A stretch of 64,000 nt of DNA, taken from Pavona decussata. Lineage: Eukaryota. Both the position numbers and the translations under genes were made by a program. Shown one piece after another: positions 13,324 through 26,210 of this stretch. Position 1 is the first letter of the stretch. Every line of letters begins with the position of its first letter. The notes under the pieces were generated by a model. The model was not told where the DNA came from. It saw only the letters and a list, made by a program, of their open reading frames with translations, and did not search any database. The DNA lies in NCBI GenBank assembly GCA_977016875.1, contig CDRNST010000166.1, forward strand, positions 2,418,001 through 2,482,000, given 5' to 3'.

Positions 13324-13461
13324 NNNNNNNNNNNNNNNNNNNNNNNNNNNNNNNNNNNNNNNNNNNNNNNNNNNNNNNNNNNNNNNNNNNNNNNNNNNNN
13401 NNNNNNNNNNNNNNNNNNNNNNNNNNNNNNNNNNNNNNNNNNNNNNNNNNNNNNNNNNNNN
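13324..13461. other. Assembly gap (other gaps at 20701-20924, 30761-30941, 37559-37710)
   Basis: Runs of N. Confidence 1.
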
Positions 13462-13512
13462 TGAATGCACAGTATAAGAAGCACCACAGGGAGCGTAGCG
13501 TAACCTGTGAAC

Positions 13513-13513
<1 letters not shown>

Positions 13514-13593
<80 letters not shown>
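13514..13593. repeat. (ATT)n microsatellite, possibly a retroelement tail
   Basis: Perfect trinucleotide run just after the gap. Confidence 0.95.
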
Positions 13594-13594
<1 letters not shown>

Positions 13595-15235
13595 TTGTGT
13601 TACTGACAGCAATCAGTGACAGAACTTACATCACTAATAACCCCTTCTTTTTTGCAGAAAAAGTCAAGAGGTATGTACGTTGTTTATTATTATTTTCGTA
13701 GCTCTAGATGTTTAGAATCAAAAATTGAAAATATTGTGGGACAACTCCATGTTATTAAATATTTTATTTATACATGGCATTATTACCCAGAACTACAGGG
13801 TCTCTCGTTTGTGTTAAACGTTAACTCAGCGTACATTTTTGGATGATGCAGCAAAACTAGAACGAATTTTCCAAACCTCGCGAAATGTTTATTTTAATGG
13901 TCATTTTTAATATCAAAAAAGCACCTTCTTAAAGTATGCACTTCTGTTTATCTGCAGGGATATTGAGAAATTGGTTCGAGTAATAAAAGAAAAGAAGCAA
14001 GAGGTACCAGATGACGTCATTTACGCTAAAGTATACTGTTATATTTTTTTAGTTTAAGTTTCATATTCAGCTTTTATTCGAACAAATTTAGTTCAATCCC
14101 CCATGAAGTTCTTCTGAGAATAAACCAAATGGTTGTTGATCAGATTAGTTATTATGTTGATCCAAAATATTAAAAATTGGAAAAGCAGTTGGCACATTGT
14201 TTATTGATCGTTTTTTGTTTTGATATAGAGGGAACAGCGAAAGGCCTATTTCGATGAAGTGAACGAAAGTTTCCAGGTTTGTTTAATTATTTCACCCGGT
14301 CGTAAATCGTTCGCTTTCCTTTGCTTGAAGTAAACTTGTTCCTTGTGTTTGTCTGTGCCAGAAAAAGCGTCTTCCCTTGCAGGTTAAATTCAAAGTTTAT
14401 CCCCCCCCCACCTCTACATAGATCCTTCACTACATTACTAAAATCTTTCATCCAGTACTTAATCCACCCTTAAAGCTTTTCTTCCTGTTTTTTTCTTATT
14501 TTCTTTTTTACTCGATCAACAGACCGTCCTGGAAACGAGGCAGCAGATGGAGAGGTAAATATATTGAACACCAAGTCATATTCTCTGGTTAATTTTATAT
14601 CTCGATTTGCACTAGTTATAGGTGAATACAAAACTTGACGTGCCATAGTATGGCTTGTTAATAATCTCAAATGGAAAAAACGAAATGGTAACCTTGTTAG
14701 GAGCATGGGGAATAACCTCAGGTTGAAATCTTGAAAACGGATTTATGTTGATAGTGTAAATACTGTTAGAAGCTTGTACCACTTGCAGGAATCGCTTTAT
14801 CGATTCTCTTTTTTTCTTCTTCTCTCGTTTTATATATGTTTGTTAAGATTGCCCGAGTAATAGTTTATCGACAGCCATTACCTAAAACGTTATGCTAATA
14901 CTTTTCTACCTCTTTTCCGTATAGTGAACTGAAACAAATGAAAAGTGAAGGAAAGAGCTGCAAAGAGCAGGTGGGTTTATACAAACTAAAACGGAAATAA
15001 CTTCCTTGCACTTAGAAGTCACTTGACCCACATCTCCAAAATTGCAAAGACACGTTTAAATGCAAGAGGCCTGTTAATAAGTGGTCGCGTTTTGCTGGAG
15101 AATGTGGAGCCTTGATGCTTGAACTCATATAAAGTTCATATTTCCGTGCAACATTAAACCGTAAAGAGGGAAATGGTTTTTATTGAAGTTATCCAGTCAC
15201 TGCCATGCTTATCTATTGATGTATTAACTGGCTTG

Positions 15236-15286
<51 letters not shown>
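15236..15286. repeat. (TTGA)n microsatellite
   Basis: Direct observation. Confidence 0.95.
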
Positions 15287-15290
<4 letters not shown>

Positions 15291-18200
15291 GATGGCTGAT
15301 TGTTTTATTGATCTCATCTCATCTCATCGCTTCACGCTTGGAGTGATCGTTCATCGTTCTGCAGAAAAAAATTGTCAGAACAAAGGTCATTTCTTAATTT
15401 CTCCAATTTAAAAACTTGAGAACAGTCATTTCAAACGGAGAATGTTCAATATTTTAAATCTGCTTCGAAAACACTGATTCAGTTATCTATATAAAGAAAA
15501 TTCGCCGCCGTATCGCCGATTTACGAAATTTTAATTTTTTGGTCACGTGATCAAAATTATACGTTAAGGCAAAAGAAAACATCGAGTTATATATTCAGGA
15601 AAAAATTCATCATGTTCTAGGCAGACAAACCGAAGATATAGGGGATCATTCAAAATTTGTAAACACCCTTCAAACCCAGGCTTTAAACTGCTTGAGTGAT
15701 TTAATCTCATTTCATTTCCTCTTATTTAGGTCTCAAAAGTGCAGGAAGCACTTGATCATCACGAATAGAGATGAAAAAGTGAGTAGATTTTTTAAAAATA
15801 TGTGCTTTCATCTGACCAAACAATTGCACTGGTCTTATGCTCCTTTGGCTGCCAGTGATCCTAAAGTTTATGGACGAATAAGCTTGAATTATTTTCTGTT
15901 TAGGGAACAATTGGATGTGAGCAGCGAGCTTCAAAAAGAGAATGACCAGTTGGTAAGTCTCCTTTCAACTTATATGACCTTTAATCGTAATTATTTTACT
16001 ACACGAGATACCACAATCGTTCCAAATCTTAGGAATGAGATATTGCGTAGAAAGAAAACTATAAATGTGTTAAGATCAGCGATGTTGAGAAGCGAGTATT
16101 AATAACCAGCGTTTAACTCTCTCAGGGGACCAGCAGGATAATGTCCGGCTCTCTAGCGGCTATGACGTTTGTGTGCTTCGTGTCATTGCACCAAACAATA
16201 CTTTTGGGCTTCTGTGCAATCGTTATTAACCATTTAAAGTTCTTCCTCTCTTTTGAAGTGCGCAACTCTATTGCGCATTAAGGCAAAGTCAAAGTTTCCA
16301 TTAGCTGCTATATGTAACTGCTAAATGTTATTCAGTCCCTGATTGAAAATCAACTCTGTGAAGCTTGATTTAGTAGCGTTGAGCAAAATATCTGCAAAAC
16401 CAGTATGGTAACCAAATGTTTCCCTTCAGATGGCCAAGCATAATTACTGTTACCCACTAGTGTGTCAGTTTAAGGAAAGTTATATTATTGTATATCTTTT
16501 AATGCTATTGTATTTAAAAGCGGACTGTGATGTTCAGTTATTACGAAAGTTTATCTCTAAGAAATTAAACTGCGATTCCCTTACGAAAGTCGTTCCTAGA
16601 TCCAGCCTTTACAGCAAGTAAGAAACATCTTATATGGCTCCGAATTCCTTACATCAAATGGCGCTATCGATTTACGTGAGCAAATAATGAAAACTGATTC
16701 CTCGAAAAGACCTCCGACAAAATGAAATTAGTTTTTAGAAAAAATATGTCTCAGTTGATGGAGTTTCTTGTCTAACATATCGAAGCTGCGTCGATTACAG
16801 TAAAATTGGAAGGTAATGATGTTTTAAACAAGAAGTTCCGCTACAAAAGGGGAAGACCCTCTTTAGTCTCACACCTTTGTGGGCGTGACATCTAAATTTA
16901 GACGCCGTTCAGTCGTGGGAAGTTGTTGACTCAAGCTTCCTCTGAAAAAAAAAAACATGCCTAAAAAGTCCATAATATCACCACAACAATATAAGATATT
17001 AAGTTCTAATTTTTTTAACGGGGTTTATTCTGAAACCTAAGTCAATTTTATCGATAAGCGCCGTAAAAAGACACATGTTGTTTACGCTCTGATAGATGAT
17101 TGTCAACTGAAAGTGAGAATGGCTTGGCCAGGTCACTTTTATACCAGAACTTCCTGTTTTAGACATTTGTTGATTTATTTTGCCATTGAGATTCAAAAGT
17201 GGTCAAGAAACCGGATGTTAAGTTCGTGGTGATACTCTAAGCGGAACCGTTGAAGTAACTAAAACAGAAAGAGAAAAATAAGAAAACGTCTGTCAATGAA
17301 AAACCCTAAGAAATTATGTCGCATAAATTATCTCCACTAATTCGTGGCAATAGCCAATCAGAGTTGATTCTTCTGGCTTTACCTTTGCGCTAAAATGAAT
17401 ACTAATTTTAGTTTTCCTTCCTACAACTTTAAGTATAACTTGTAATGTTTTATTAATCCTCTTTTTGGATTTTGCATTATAATTTTATTGTATTTTAGAC
17501 AGAATTTTTGCGTGATCTCTTGGTAAATTAGATGATTTGTTTGTCCGTTCTTTCTTTCACTGACAATGCGCAGGTGCAAAGTAACCATGCAATTGGAGCC
17601 TAATCCCTCATCCTACAGAAATAGGATACTGAAACACTATTAACAACGGCGTTGAGTTACACGTTTCTTTTCCGCTTTAAGGAAAGGAAACGTGGGACGT
17701 CTGCACGCATGCTGTAAGAAATTGGACAATTGATCAAAAGAAAAGGTAATTTGATGCAAATAAGCCGCTTGTTTGTAGCAAGATTCAGTCTCGCTAGTTA
17801 AAGGCAGTTTTGGAGCCAAGTTGGCATTATTCACGTTATCAACAAACAAGGTGAGTACCGATACTTTATTATAGCCCAATCAAGTTCAAAAATGTTTCTC
17901 TCAGAAATATATCGCGCTTTTTAAGGGTAGCGTTTGCAGATGGTTTCATAAACTCCCATTAAGTTTGTTGTGAGCGCCGTTTCCAGGTGAATATGCAGTG
18001 GGGCTGTTGAAAGGCTGAAACATTCAAACAAACCTGGCATAACATTGATTTTGTGCTTCTCTGTTAACATTTCAGTAAAGTTTCAGTCCACGAAGATTAC
18101 TGTTAGTAAGAAAGACAATCTACTGAAGGCAACATCAGTGTTAAGCAGCGAGTTATATATAAATATCGTGAATAAATAGCGATGAATTCAAACACTTGTC

Positions 18201-19147
18201 GAATAAAAGTGACGTTTTTACTCAAATAATGAAATGAAAAAAATTGATGTAGTATTCCAAAAGTCACGATTTTGAAAGAAAGAACTATCTTCTGAACGCC
18301 ATGACGTTCCCTATTATGGTCGGTCGCTAGCCACTTAGCTACAAGGTGACGTTAAGAGCTGGATCATTTAGTTCAAATTTTAAGGAATGGACTAATGTTT
18401 GGTATTTATTTAAGTTAAATATTAAGTTGTTCTACCGCAGATAAGACAACTACAAGGCTAAAACAAATTATGAGGCAATGCTCCTCTTTATTAATGCAGA
18501 TGGCTAAATGACAAGAGAGTTTACAAAACGAAAATATATGGTTTAATTTTCGCTCAATATTTAAAGAACCTTAGTTATGCACCTGCCGTTTTTAGTAGTA
18601 CCTTGTTTATACTTGAGATACGTTTTGGGAAAAGGTTTGGTAGTTTTACAGTTAATTCAAGCAATTTATCTTCGAAAAAAATACATTTCGGAAAAATTTC
18701 GTTACAAAGAAGTCTGTATATCTGGCACACTTCCTGTCTAGTTCGGGGAAAAGAGCCAATTTCCACGCCAAATATCTAGTGAGCCATGATTTGCACGAAC
18801 TTCGATGACTTCGTAATCAAAACTTACAAATTGAAGAAGGATAAAAACAACTAAAGAAATTAGACAACCGATCAGGTTCTTGCTTTCACCTTATGCCATA
18901 TGGGTACAGCTGATGTTTTAGCACTGAATTAATATCGTTTTAACACGTGGTTATGTTTGATCGAAATTAATTTACATACACCTATGAACTTCGTGTAGAC
19001 AATTATCATTTTATCAAAACGAGAATTCACCGCATTCGCAGATTTTTACGATGACAAGAACAAGCTTCAACTAAAGCAGACTAGGACATAGTTTGGAGTA
19101 ATACGGCAAAATGCGTCGCAGATATCGTAGACGAGACAAGAAATTAA

Positions 19148-19262
19148 GAACGGCTGACTGAGAATACCGAGAACTCACCTTCAAAACTGAAATTCCGGAT
19201 TTCCTCATATTCCGTCAGGAGAGTCCCTTTAGAGAACTATTTACGTAAATAACAATAAAACA
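19148..19262. mobile_element. Single terminus of a TTAA-flanked (Kolobok-like) element
   Basis: TTAA|GAACGGCTGACTGAGAATACCGAGAACTC... is the reverse complement of ~58660-58771. It is absent from the paralogous GPCR upstream regions. Confidence 0.55.
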
Positions 19263-19804
19263 ATAAAATAGAAAATGCAGCGACGATTTACGATTGATAA
19301 TCATGTGATCAAACAATTTTTAATGGGAAAAATTATGGAAACTAGACGCAAAAAAAGTAAATTTGTTGTTGATATTTTAGAGGAGCTACCGTTCAATAAG
19401 GTAGTCAATTTTAATAAGTTAAGTATTTTTTTTTTTTACAAACAGACCATCATTGGCAAAATAACAAAGGAGAAACCTCTCGGAAACTTTGCCTTTCGTA
19501 TTTCAGGTTGACGATTTTTTGCTCCACTCATTTGAAAAACATTCATGGTTTTTAACTTACGTATTAAAGGCATTGCTATGATCATATATGGACACTGGAA
19601 TAGCTCATGTCTCTCAAAACAACGGCGAGACAGCCACACCGAACACGAATGAATCATTGAAATAAATTAAAAAGAGAGGTCTACTATAGGAATAAAATAT
19701 ATCTCTGTAAGCAACGGCTGAACATCGTTTTCTTTACTTTGTTCTTATTCACAGCTTACAACGAATTAACACGAGGATAAGGAACGTTCAAGTTTTATTG
19801 AAAT

Positions 19805-20698
19805 ATGGTTGGTGACGCTACTGAAGATCCTATGCTAGAAAAGCTGGGAAATGCGTGGAAAAAAGTTTTACTCATTGAATTTATTGTGATAGCTATAATC
19901 AACGTTTTCACTGTGGTCGCCTTTGCAAGGAATCGCCAATTACGCAAGCGCACTACGTATCTGATAATAAACCTGACTGTGGCTGATTTACTGGTGGGAG
20001 CTGTGACGGGACCAGTGCAAGTGTTCGTCCTAGATTTCGATCGTGGGAATGGTTTCAGCCGGCAGGAATTCATCATTTTAACCTCAGGCTTCATATTTCC
20101 CCTAGCTTCTCAAGCTAATCTTTCGTTAATTTCTTTAGAGCGGTTGCACGCTACACTTTTCCCCTTTAGGCACTGTTTAATAGAGAAATGGCTTTACCTT
20201 AAAGTTATTATTGGCAGCTGGATTATAACTTTGCTTCTGGCATCCATGACGTCTATTCTTCAAGCGTTCTATTTAGTTTCAATTACGTATGCATTTGCAT
20301 GTTACACTTGTCTTACCCTTCTTATCATAACTGTTTCTAACGTTATCATTGCCATAAAAGTCAAAAGTAACCCTCTTCCGCGGCATTTTGGTGCAGTTGC
20401 CTCAGAAAGGAAATTGTCAGTAACCTTAAGCATAGTTACTGTCGTCTCTATCCTGACTATTCTGCCCATATCTATTTGGATGGCAGTTAAGCGAAATGAC
20501 ATATTCAGTCAAACTTCTCCTGGAGCAACACATGTGCAAATAAACGAAACGTTAATGTTGTTTTATTATGCCAATTCTATAGTCAATCCATTGATATATG
20601 CCATAAGAATGCAAGAGTTCAGGAAAGCGGTTAAGAAGATTTGTAAGGGGAACGCAGCGACAAGAGGTGTCCAGCCCATTGAACTGCATGCAACGTAG
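19805..20698 (+). CDS. Rhodopsin-class (class A) GPCR, intronless CDS, copy 1
   Basis: 297 aa, seven hydrophobic segments, TM2 NLTVADLLVG, TM3 SLERL (E/DRY variant), TM7 NSIVNPLIY, helix-8 EFRKAV. Confidence 0.93.
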   Translation: MVGDATEDPMLEKLGNAWKKVLLIEFIVIAIINVFTVVAFARNRQLRKRTTYLIINLTVADLLVGAVTGPVQVFVLDFDRGNGFSRQEFIILTSGFIFPLASQANLSLISLERLHATLFPFRHCLIEKWLYLKVIIGSWIITLLLASMTSILQAFYLVSITYAFACYTCLTLLIITVSNVIIAIKVKSNPLPRHFGAVASERKLSVTLSIVTVVSILTILPISIWMAVKRNDIFSQTSPGATHVQINETLMLFYYANSIVNPLIYAIRMQEFRKAVKKICKGNAATRGVQPIELHAT

Positions 20699-21873
20699 TG
20701 NNNNNNNNNNNNNNNNNNNNNNNNNNNNNNNNNNNNNNNNNNNNNNNNNNNNNNNNNNNNNNNNNNNNNNNNNNNNNNNNNNNNNNNNNNNNNNNNNNNN
20801 NNNNNNNNNNNNNNNNNNNNNNNNNNNNNNNNNNNNNNNNNNNNNNNNNNNNNNNNNNNNNNNNNNNNNNNNNNNNNNNNNNNNNNNNNNNNNNNNNNNN
20901 NNNNNNNNNNNNNNNNNNNNNNNNAAGATTAAAACAATCGAGATTTCGTTTAACCTGAAGCGTAAGTTAGTTTTTCTTGCTTTGATATGCACGTTTTTTT
21001 ACAAGTGCTGTAAAGAATGTTCCTTTTAATTTCATATTTTGCTGGAATCAACTGTGCAGACTGTCTTTTTCTTGGTACAAGTAAAACTTGAACCTGAAAG
21101 TTGCTGAATGTCATAAGCAGGACGATCCTAAGCTACTACTACTTATTTGTTCAGGGCGTTATTAGACAATCAATAGGAACAACTTCTGGAAGGTTTCATT
21201 GAATAAATAACCATTGACTGTGTTGCTTTTGGTCTTTTCACTTAAGCTTGCATGTGTAATTAAGAAATCGAAGAAAGATGGAAGGTGGTCTTCTACCAAT
21301 TTCTTGTTGTATTCCTATGCTGGTTTGTTTTGCTTTTAGCTTAACTTTTCTTTAAGTTCATAAGTGCCTTGGAAAGGGAAGAAGGTTCTGAAACCCACAA
21401 TTTACCCCTCTCCCCTCCATCCGCCTCTCTACACGTCGTAGAGTATTAGAGCTATGCAAATGTACGAAAGATAATATAGTGCGTCTAACACTGTCTAAAA
21501 CAAGGCCTGAAAAATATATTTCGTTTTTAGTTCTGAAAACTTTAAAAAAACCTATAAGGGCCAACCGAACAAAGGGAAGGTGCCGGATCCTGATGACTGT
21601 AATCAGAAAAATTTAGAAAATGTATAACTAATGAAGAAAAGCTGACTGTACAGCTTGGGCTATATACCGTATTTATTTTTTTCTCAGTGCGTGAGGGGGC
21701 GGTATTCTACAAATCCTGCGATCTGATTGGTTCCGGGAGCGGGCGGTATTCTCCCATCCGGCCCGCTCACAGCGGGCGGTATCCTTTGCGTGATCAAGAG
21801 TCGTCGATTACATCACTTGCTTCGTTGCAATTTTTCATAAATTTAAGCTTATCATGTAAACCTTTAACTTTTT

Positions 21874-23081
21874 ATGGCAAGTAATAATTTCGACATAGAC
21901 TCAGACGAAAGCTACCACAGCGAAAGCCAGTTTTATTACCCCGACGAGATGGAAAATTACAATGATAAAGAAAACATTGGTTCGCAACATGAAGAAAACC
22001 AGCAAAATGTCCAGTTTACAATGAAGAGTGTGCAAAAGTATATTTTATCACAACGACCGGAAAACATAGTGAAAAAAACAGAGTACGACCTACACGTTTG
22101 GAAAAGATTCTTTCTTGAGGTGGGCGAAGCCAGAAAAATTGAGGACATACCTGCAGACGAGCTAAACATCTTGATATGTCGTTTCATGATGGAGATAAAG
22201 AAGAAAGATGGCGGAGCGTTTGAGCCAGCAACGCTACAATCGTTTCAAAGAAGCCTGCAGCGATATCTAAACGACAAGAACTCCAAACTAAACATTCTCA
22301 AAGACCGAGAGTTCCATAAGTCCAGGGAAGTTCTTCTTTCTAAGAAGAAACAGCTGTTTTTTGAAGAAGCGAAAGGAAATCGCCCTCATGCCGCAAAAGA
22401 ACTATCCAATACTGAAGAAGATTTGTTGTTTCGCTCCGGTGAATTTGGCGATGAAAACCCTGAAGCGCCCCAACGCACAGTTTGGTGGTTATTGGCACTT
22501 CACTTTGGATTCCGTGCCCGAGACGAAAGCAGAAAACTCAAATGGGGAGACCTTGTTCTTCAAACAGACGACGAAACGGGCAATGAAGGTCTGATTTGGA
22601 AATCAGAGAGAGGATCCAAGACCCGCCGTGGCAATGGTGATACAGGAGCATTTTATAATCCAACGGCCAAGGCAACAAACAACGAACGTTGTCCAGTTTA
22701 TTATTACAAGAAATTCAAAAGTCACCATCCAGAAGAAATGAACAATGCTGACAGCCCGTTTTACTTGGCCATCAATCATCGAAGAAGATCAGACCAGGCA
22801 ACAGCATTTGGTACATGAAGGCACCACTCAGCAAGAACGAGATTGGCAAACTGATGACAACAGCAGCACAAGCAGCAGGCTTACAGGGGAATATTACTAA
22901 CCACTCCGTTCGAAAAACGTGTATTTCTCGCCTCATGGATGCAGAAGTTCCCGTCAGTTACATCGCTCAACTAGGCGGTCACAGAAAACTGAAGAGCCTC
23001 AATTCTTACAAAGCAGCGTCGGTTGAGCATCAGCGAAAAATGTCCTTGATTTTAAGCCGCTCCGGTGAACAAAGCACTTAA
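21874..23081 (+). pseudogene. Crypton tyrosine recombinase (DUF3504/ZMYM-KIAA1958-like), frameshifted near 22800
   Basis: LNILICRFMMEIKKKDGGAFEPATL; catalytic GFRARDE (R), GSKT (K), NHSVRKT (HxxR), GHRKLKSLNSY (H, Y). Split into ORFs 21874-22818 and 22815-23081. Confidence 0.88.
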
Positions 23082-23717
23082 TCATCAACAGTAAGCAGCC
23101 TCCACGAGAGCAGCACTTTGCCGGTGACTTAACTTCCCAAAGATGTTAATAAGCCAGGAGTTTTCTCAGGCGCTTGCATCGGGAAGATCGAAGGTTGTTC
23201 TTTCACATTTAACTTTCACCGTAAAAAAGAAGAAAGCAAGCCCAAAGTCCGCGAAGCCCAAGAAAAGAAGAATTATCATCAGCGATGATTCCGATTCTAA
23301 TTACTTAACTGAACTTAATCCAAGTTCTTTGGATAATACTTTCCGTTAGCTCATTTGACTGTTTTTGAAGAAAATATCGTTCACTTTGTTTGCCACGCTG
23401 ACACCTGAACTGTTGTTCATTCAAAAGTGTACATGCGCTTTTTTCCTACGCGCTCTCTAATTAACAGGTGTCAGATCGTGACAGATATTTATACAAAATG
23501 TTTCAAAGTTTGTTTGGAAGCCTTTTAAATCACCTTTATTATTACGCAAAAAAAAAAAAATGTTTCGGTGAACCCTCTTTCTTTAATTTGCATTACCTCT
23601 GTTTATCCACTCGCTATAAAATTGTTCAGTTTACGGAGAATCTTGCCATAATTACAGCCCTAAATTGTTCGGGTTTTTTTTTGCAAGCATTTCGTTAGGT
23701 TTGAGAAAAAAACAAAA

Positions 23718-23845
23718 ATGTTATTCACCAGCCTAGGTCGGTCCGTATTGGGAAAAACTGTGCCCTCTGTCTTGGATACCGACCTCGGCCTGCGGCCTCG
23801 GGCACAGTTTTTCCCAATACGGACCTCCCGGCTGGTGAATAACAT
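23718..23845. repeat. Crypton 3'-terminal hairpin (~46-48-bp arms)
   Basis: ATGTTATTCACCAGCC..GGTCCGTATTGGGAAAAACTGTGCCC (23718-23765) / GGGCACAGTTTTTCCCAATACGGACC..GGCTGGTGAATAACAT (23800-23845). Confidence 0.9.
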
Positions 23846-24920
23846 ATATATCTTTCCAACACTGAAAACTGATTCTCTGTCAAAAAAAAAAAACCTCTGG
23901 CGAAATGATACGGTTTTTTATAACAGATTGTTATCAGTTCATAAAGTTTTCTTCTATAACTTATAGGAGCTGCGTCGATATCAGTAAAATTGGAAGTTAA
24001 TCATGTATTTAGACATTTGTTGGCTTATCTCCAGTTGAATGCATGATAAAAACGATGACTCAGGACGCCACACTGAGATTCAAAGATGGTCAACAAACTT
24101 GATTTTAACTGGTTTATACAGGACTCCAATGGTTCGTGGTTATACTCTAACGCAAACCGCCGAAGTAACTAACACAGTAAGAGTGAAATAAGAAAATGTC
24201 TGTCAACGATAAATCCCTCAGAAAAAACGTCGCATAATTTATCTCGAGTATTTCGTGGCAATAGCCAATGAGAGTACGTTGATTCTTCTGGCTTCACCTT
24301 TACTTTAAGAAACGAATAATATTTTAGTTTTCCTTCTTTCAAGTTCAAGTAGGTCTTGTTATCGTTGTATTATCTAGCCTCTTGTTGGAATTTGCATCGT
24401 AATTTAATTGTATTTTAGACGTAGGTTATTGTGTTCTTTCTTGCGTTATTTCCTTCGTTTGTCCGTTTGTTCACTGACTTATTCTAACAATTCCCAGGCG
24501 CAAAGCTGCCAATTAGAGCCTAGTCCCGCATCCTAGGGAAACAGAGGGATACTGAAATACAACTAACAACGGCGTTGGATCAGACGTCTCTATTCTGCTT
24601 TAAGAAAAGAAAATATTGGATGGCTGCACTCTGGCTGTAGCAGCTAAGACTTGTTAAAAAAAATGTAAATGTGGTTGAAATTGGGACAGTTAGTAATCAA
24701 CTTAAGTAAACACAAATTTGCGCTTATTGAAAATTTTACATGTTTACTAAAATTGATCGAAAGAAGAGGTACAGCAAGATTTCGTCTCGCTAGTTAAAGG
24801 CAGTTTTGGCGCCAAGTTGGCATTATTCACGTTGTCAAGAAACGAGGTGAAAAACGATATTTATTCTAACCCAATCACGAGGCAAGATGATTTCTATTAG
24901 AATAACGACACACTTAAATT

Positions 24921-24963
24921 TACAAAACATGTTTCGGTCGTACAACGACCATCTTCAGTTGAA
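24921..24963 (-). ncRNA. Minimal type-I hammerhead ribozyme motif (Penelope-like) in a ~60-bp insertion
   Basis: Minus strand: CAA-CUGAAGA-U-GGUCG-uugua-CGACC-GAAA-CAUG-UU-UUG. Core boxes, 5-bp stem II, palindromic stem III and short stem I are present. The insertion is absent at paralogous ~48872. Confidence 0.65.
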
Positions 24964-25608
24964 ATATATCAGGTTAGAAGTTTAAGGTTATTGCGAGTGT
25001 CGTTTCCTGGTGAATACGCTGTTGGGTTTTTGCAAGGCTAAAACATTTAGACAAACCTGGCATGAGGTTATTGCTTTGTGCTTGTCTTCTAACATTTCGG
25101 TAAAATTTCAGTCCACGAAAAAAACTGCTAGTGAGACCGTAAGACGACCACTCAGTTGAGGAGGCGACTTACATATAAATATCGTGAATAAATAGAAATG
25201 AGTTCAAACACTTGGTGAACCAAAAGGTGACGATTTTGCTCAAATAAAGAAAGGCCAACATTATGACATAAGCATAATGTGATTTTATCTCGAGGCCCGT
25301 GATAGTTAAGTATTTAGGTGTGCCGTTGCATGGGGCAGGGAGCGTTGTCAATCATAGAACTTCAGCCAATGAAACGGGGTCATATCTAATAACACCGAAG
25401 TTATAGGCAAGATCAATTTATCTCGTGGTCCTTCTCGCCTTCATTCCCATCGTGTTAACATCCGAACACAGATTTCCGGAACTGTAGAAGAATTATTTTT
25501 TCAGGCAAGTTAAACGTTTTTCTTTTTCTTCGTTTCTCCTTTCTACTTTAGGTTCTTTTGTACCGTTTGACCTCAGCTGCGCAGGTTTTTTCGGGCAATA
25601 GTTGGGAC

Positions 25609-26210
25609 ATGTCTAACTCCACCCCCCAAGTGTTGATTCTCGGGCATTCCTTTATTAAGCGCTTAAAGCAGTTTGTCCAGAATAATTCCAACGATTTTGA
25701 TCTTGACTTTCAAATCTCTTTGCCTGTGCTAATACGTTGGCACGGAGTTGGGGGTAGAACAGTCGAAAAGACGTTAAAATTCGACACACATGTCCTTCAT
25801 TCCTTTCGCCCTGATGTCGTCATTCTCCAACTAGGCAGTAATGATCTCGTTACCCTTTCACCATTACATGTTGGTTCAGCAATCGATGATTTTGTTCATT
25901 TCCTACACGATTCATGCGGGGTGCAGTTGGTGTGCGTGTGCCAGACTATTCGCCGATTCTCAGCTGAGGCTTTTAACACAAAGGTCGGCATGTTAACACG
26001 ATACCTGCCAGGGTTGTGTTAGATCCTATACCATGTGCCAATTTTTGGGGCCATAGAGGGTTTTGGCAGGCGAAAGACAATTTTTATACACCCGATGGCG
26101 TTCATTTGAACTCTAGGGGACAGCATAAGCTATATCGTAGTCTCAGAGGGGCAGTCCTGCGATCTTTGCGCCTTTTGCCAAGTTCTCCCTCCTCGGAAGG
26201 AGTTTGTTAA
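25609..26210 (+). pseudogene. SGNH/GDSL hydrolase ORF of the Ngaro element, frameshift near 26008
   Basis: Blocks VLILGHSF, GVGG, LQLGSNDL and DGVHLN are all present. Confidence 0.85.

Larger units (their letters stand above)
10143..15952 (+). pseudogene. Micro-exon coiled-coil gene, copy A (damaged, 3'-deleted)
   Basis: AG..GT-bounded exons: 10143-10204, 10939-11000, 11586-11649 (donor GT>AT), 12560-12603, 12753-12801, 13658-13670 (7 nt shorter than copy B), 13958-14003, 14523-14554, 14925-14970, 15730-15778 (2-nt insertion, stop), 15904-15952. All except the first are collinear with copy B. Confidence 0.75.
21673..23849 (+). mobile_element. Crypton-type tyrosine-recombinase DNA transposon
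   Basis: YR/DUF3504 ORF. Boundaries are set by the empty paralogous site GGGCTATAAACCATATATCTGTTCAACACTG at ~47781-47811. No TIR or clear TSD; 3' hairpin present. Confidence 0.85.
10650..25250 (+). repeat. Segmental duplication unit 1, paralogous to ~30520-49170
   Basis: Collinear matches, e.g. 10655~30523, 14520~36850, 16150~42190, 18060~44180, 19805~46095, 21640~47765, 24500~48465. Differences are mostly insertions plus a ~4-kb deletion at ~16091. Confidence 0.9.

Noticed and set aside
13266-13701. ORFs with poly-X, L, N or Y
   Set aside because: Artefacts of N gaps and the (ATT)n microsatellite. The same applies to ORFs spanning the other gaps.
19795-20502. Conserved antisense ORFs over the GPCRs (also 46085, 46592, 51234)
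   Set aside because: Shadow frames explained by conservation of the sense CDS.
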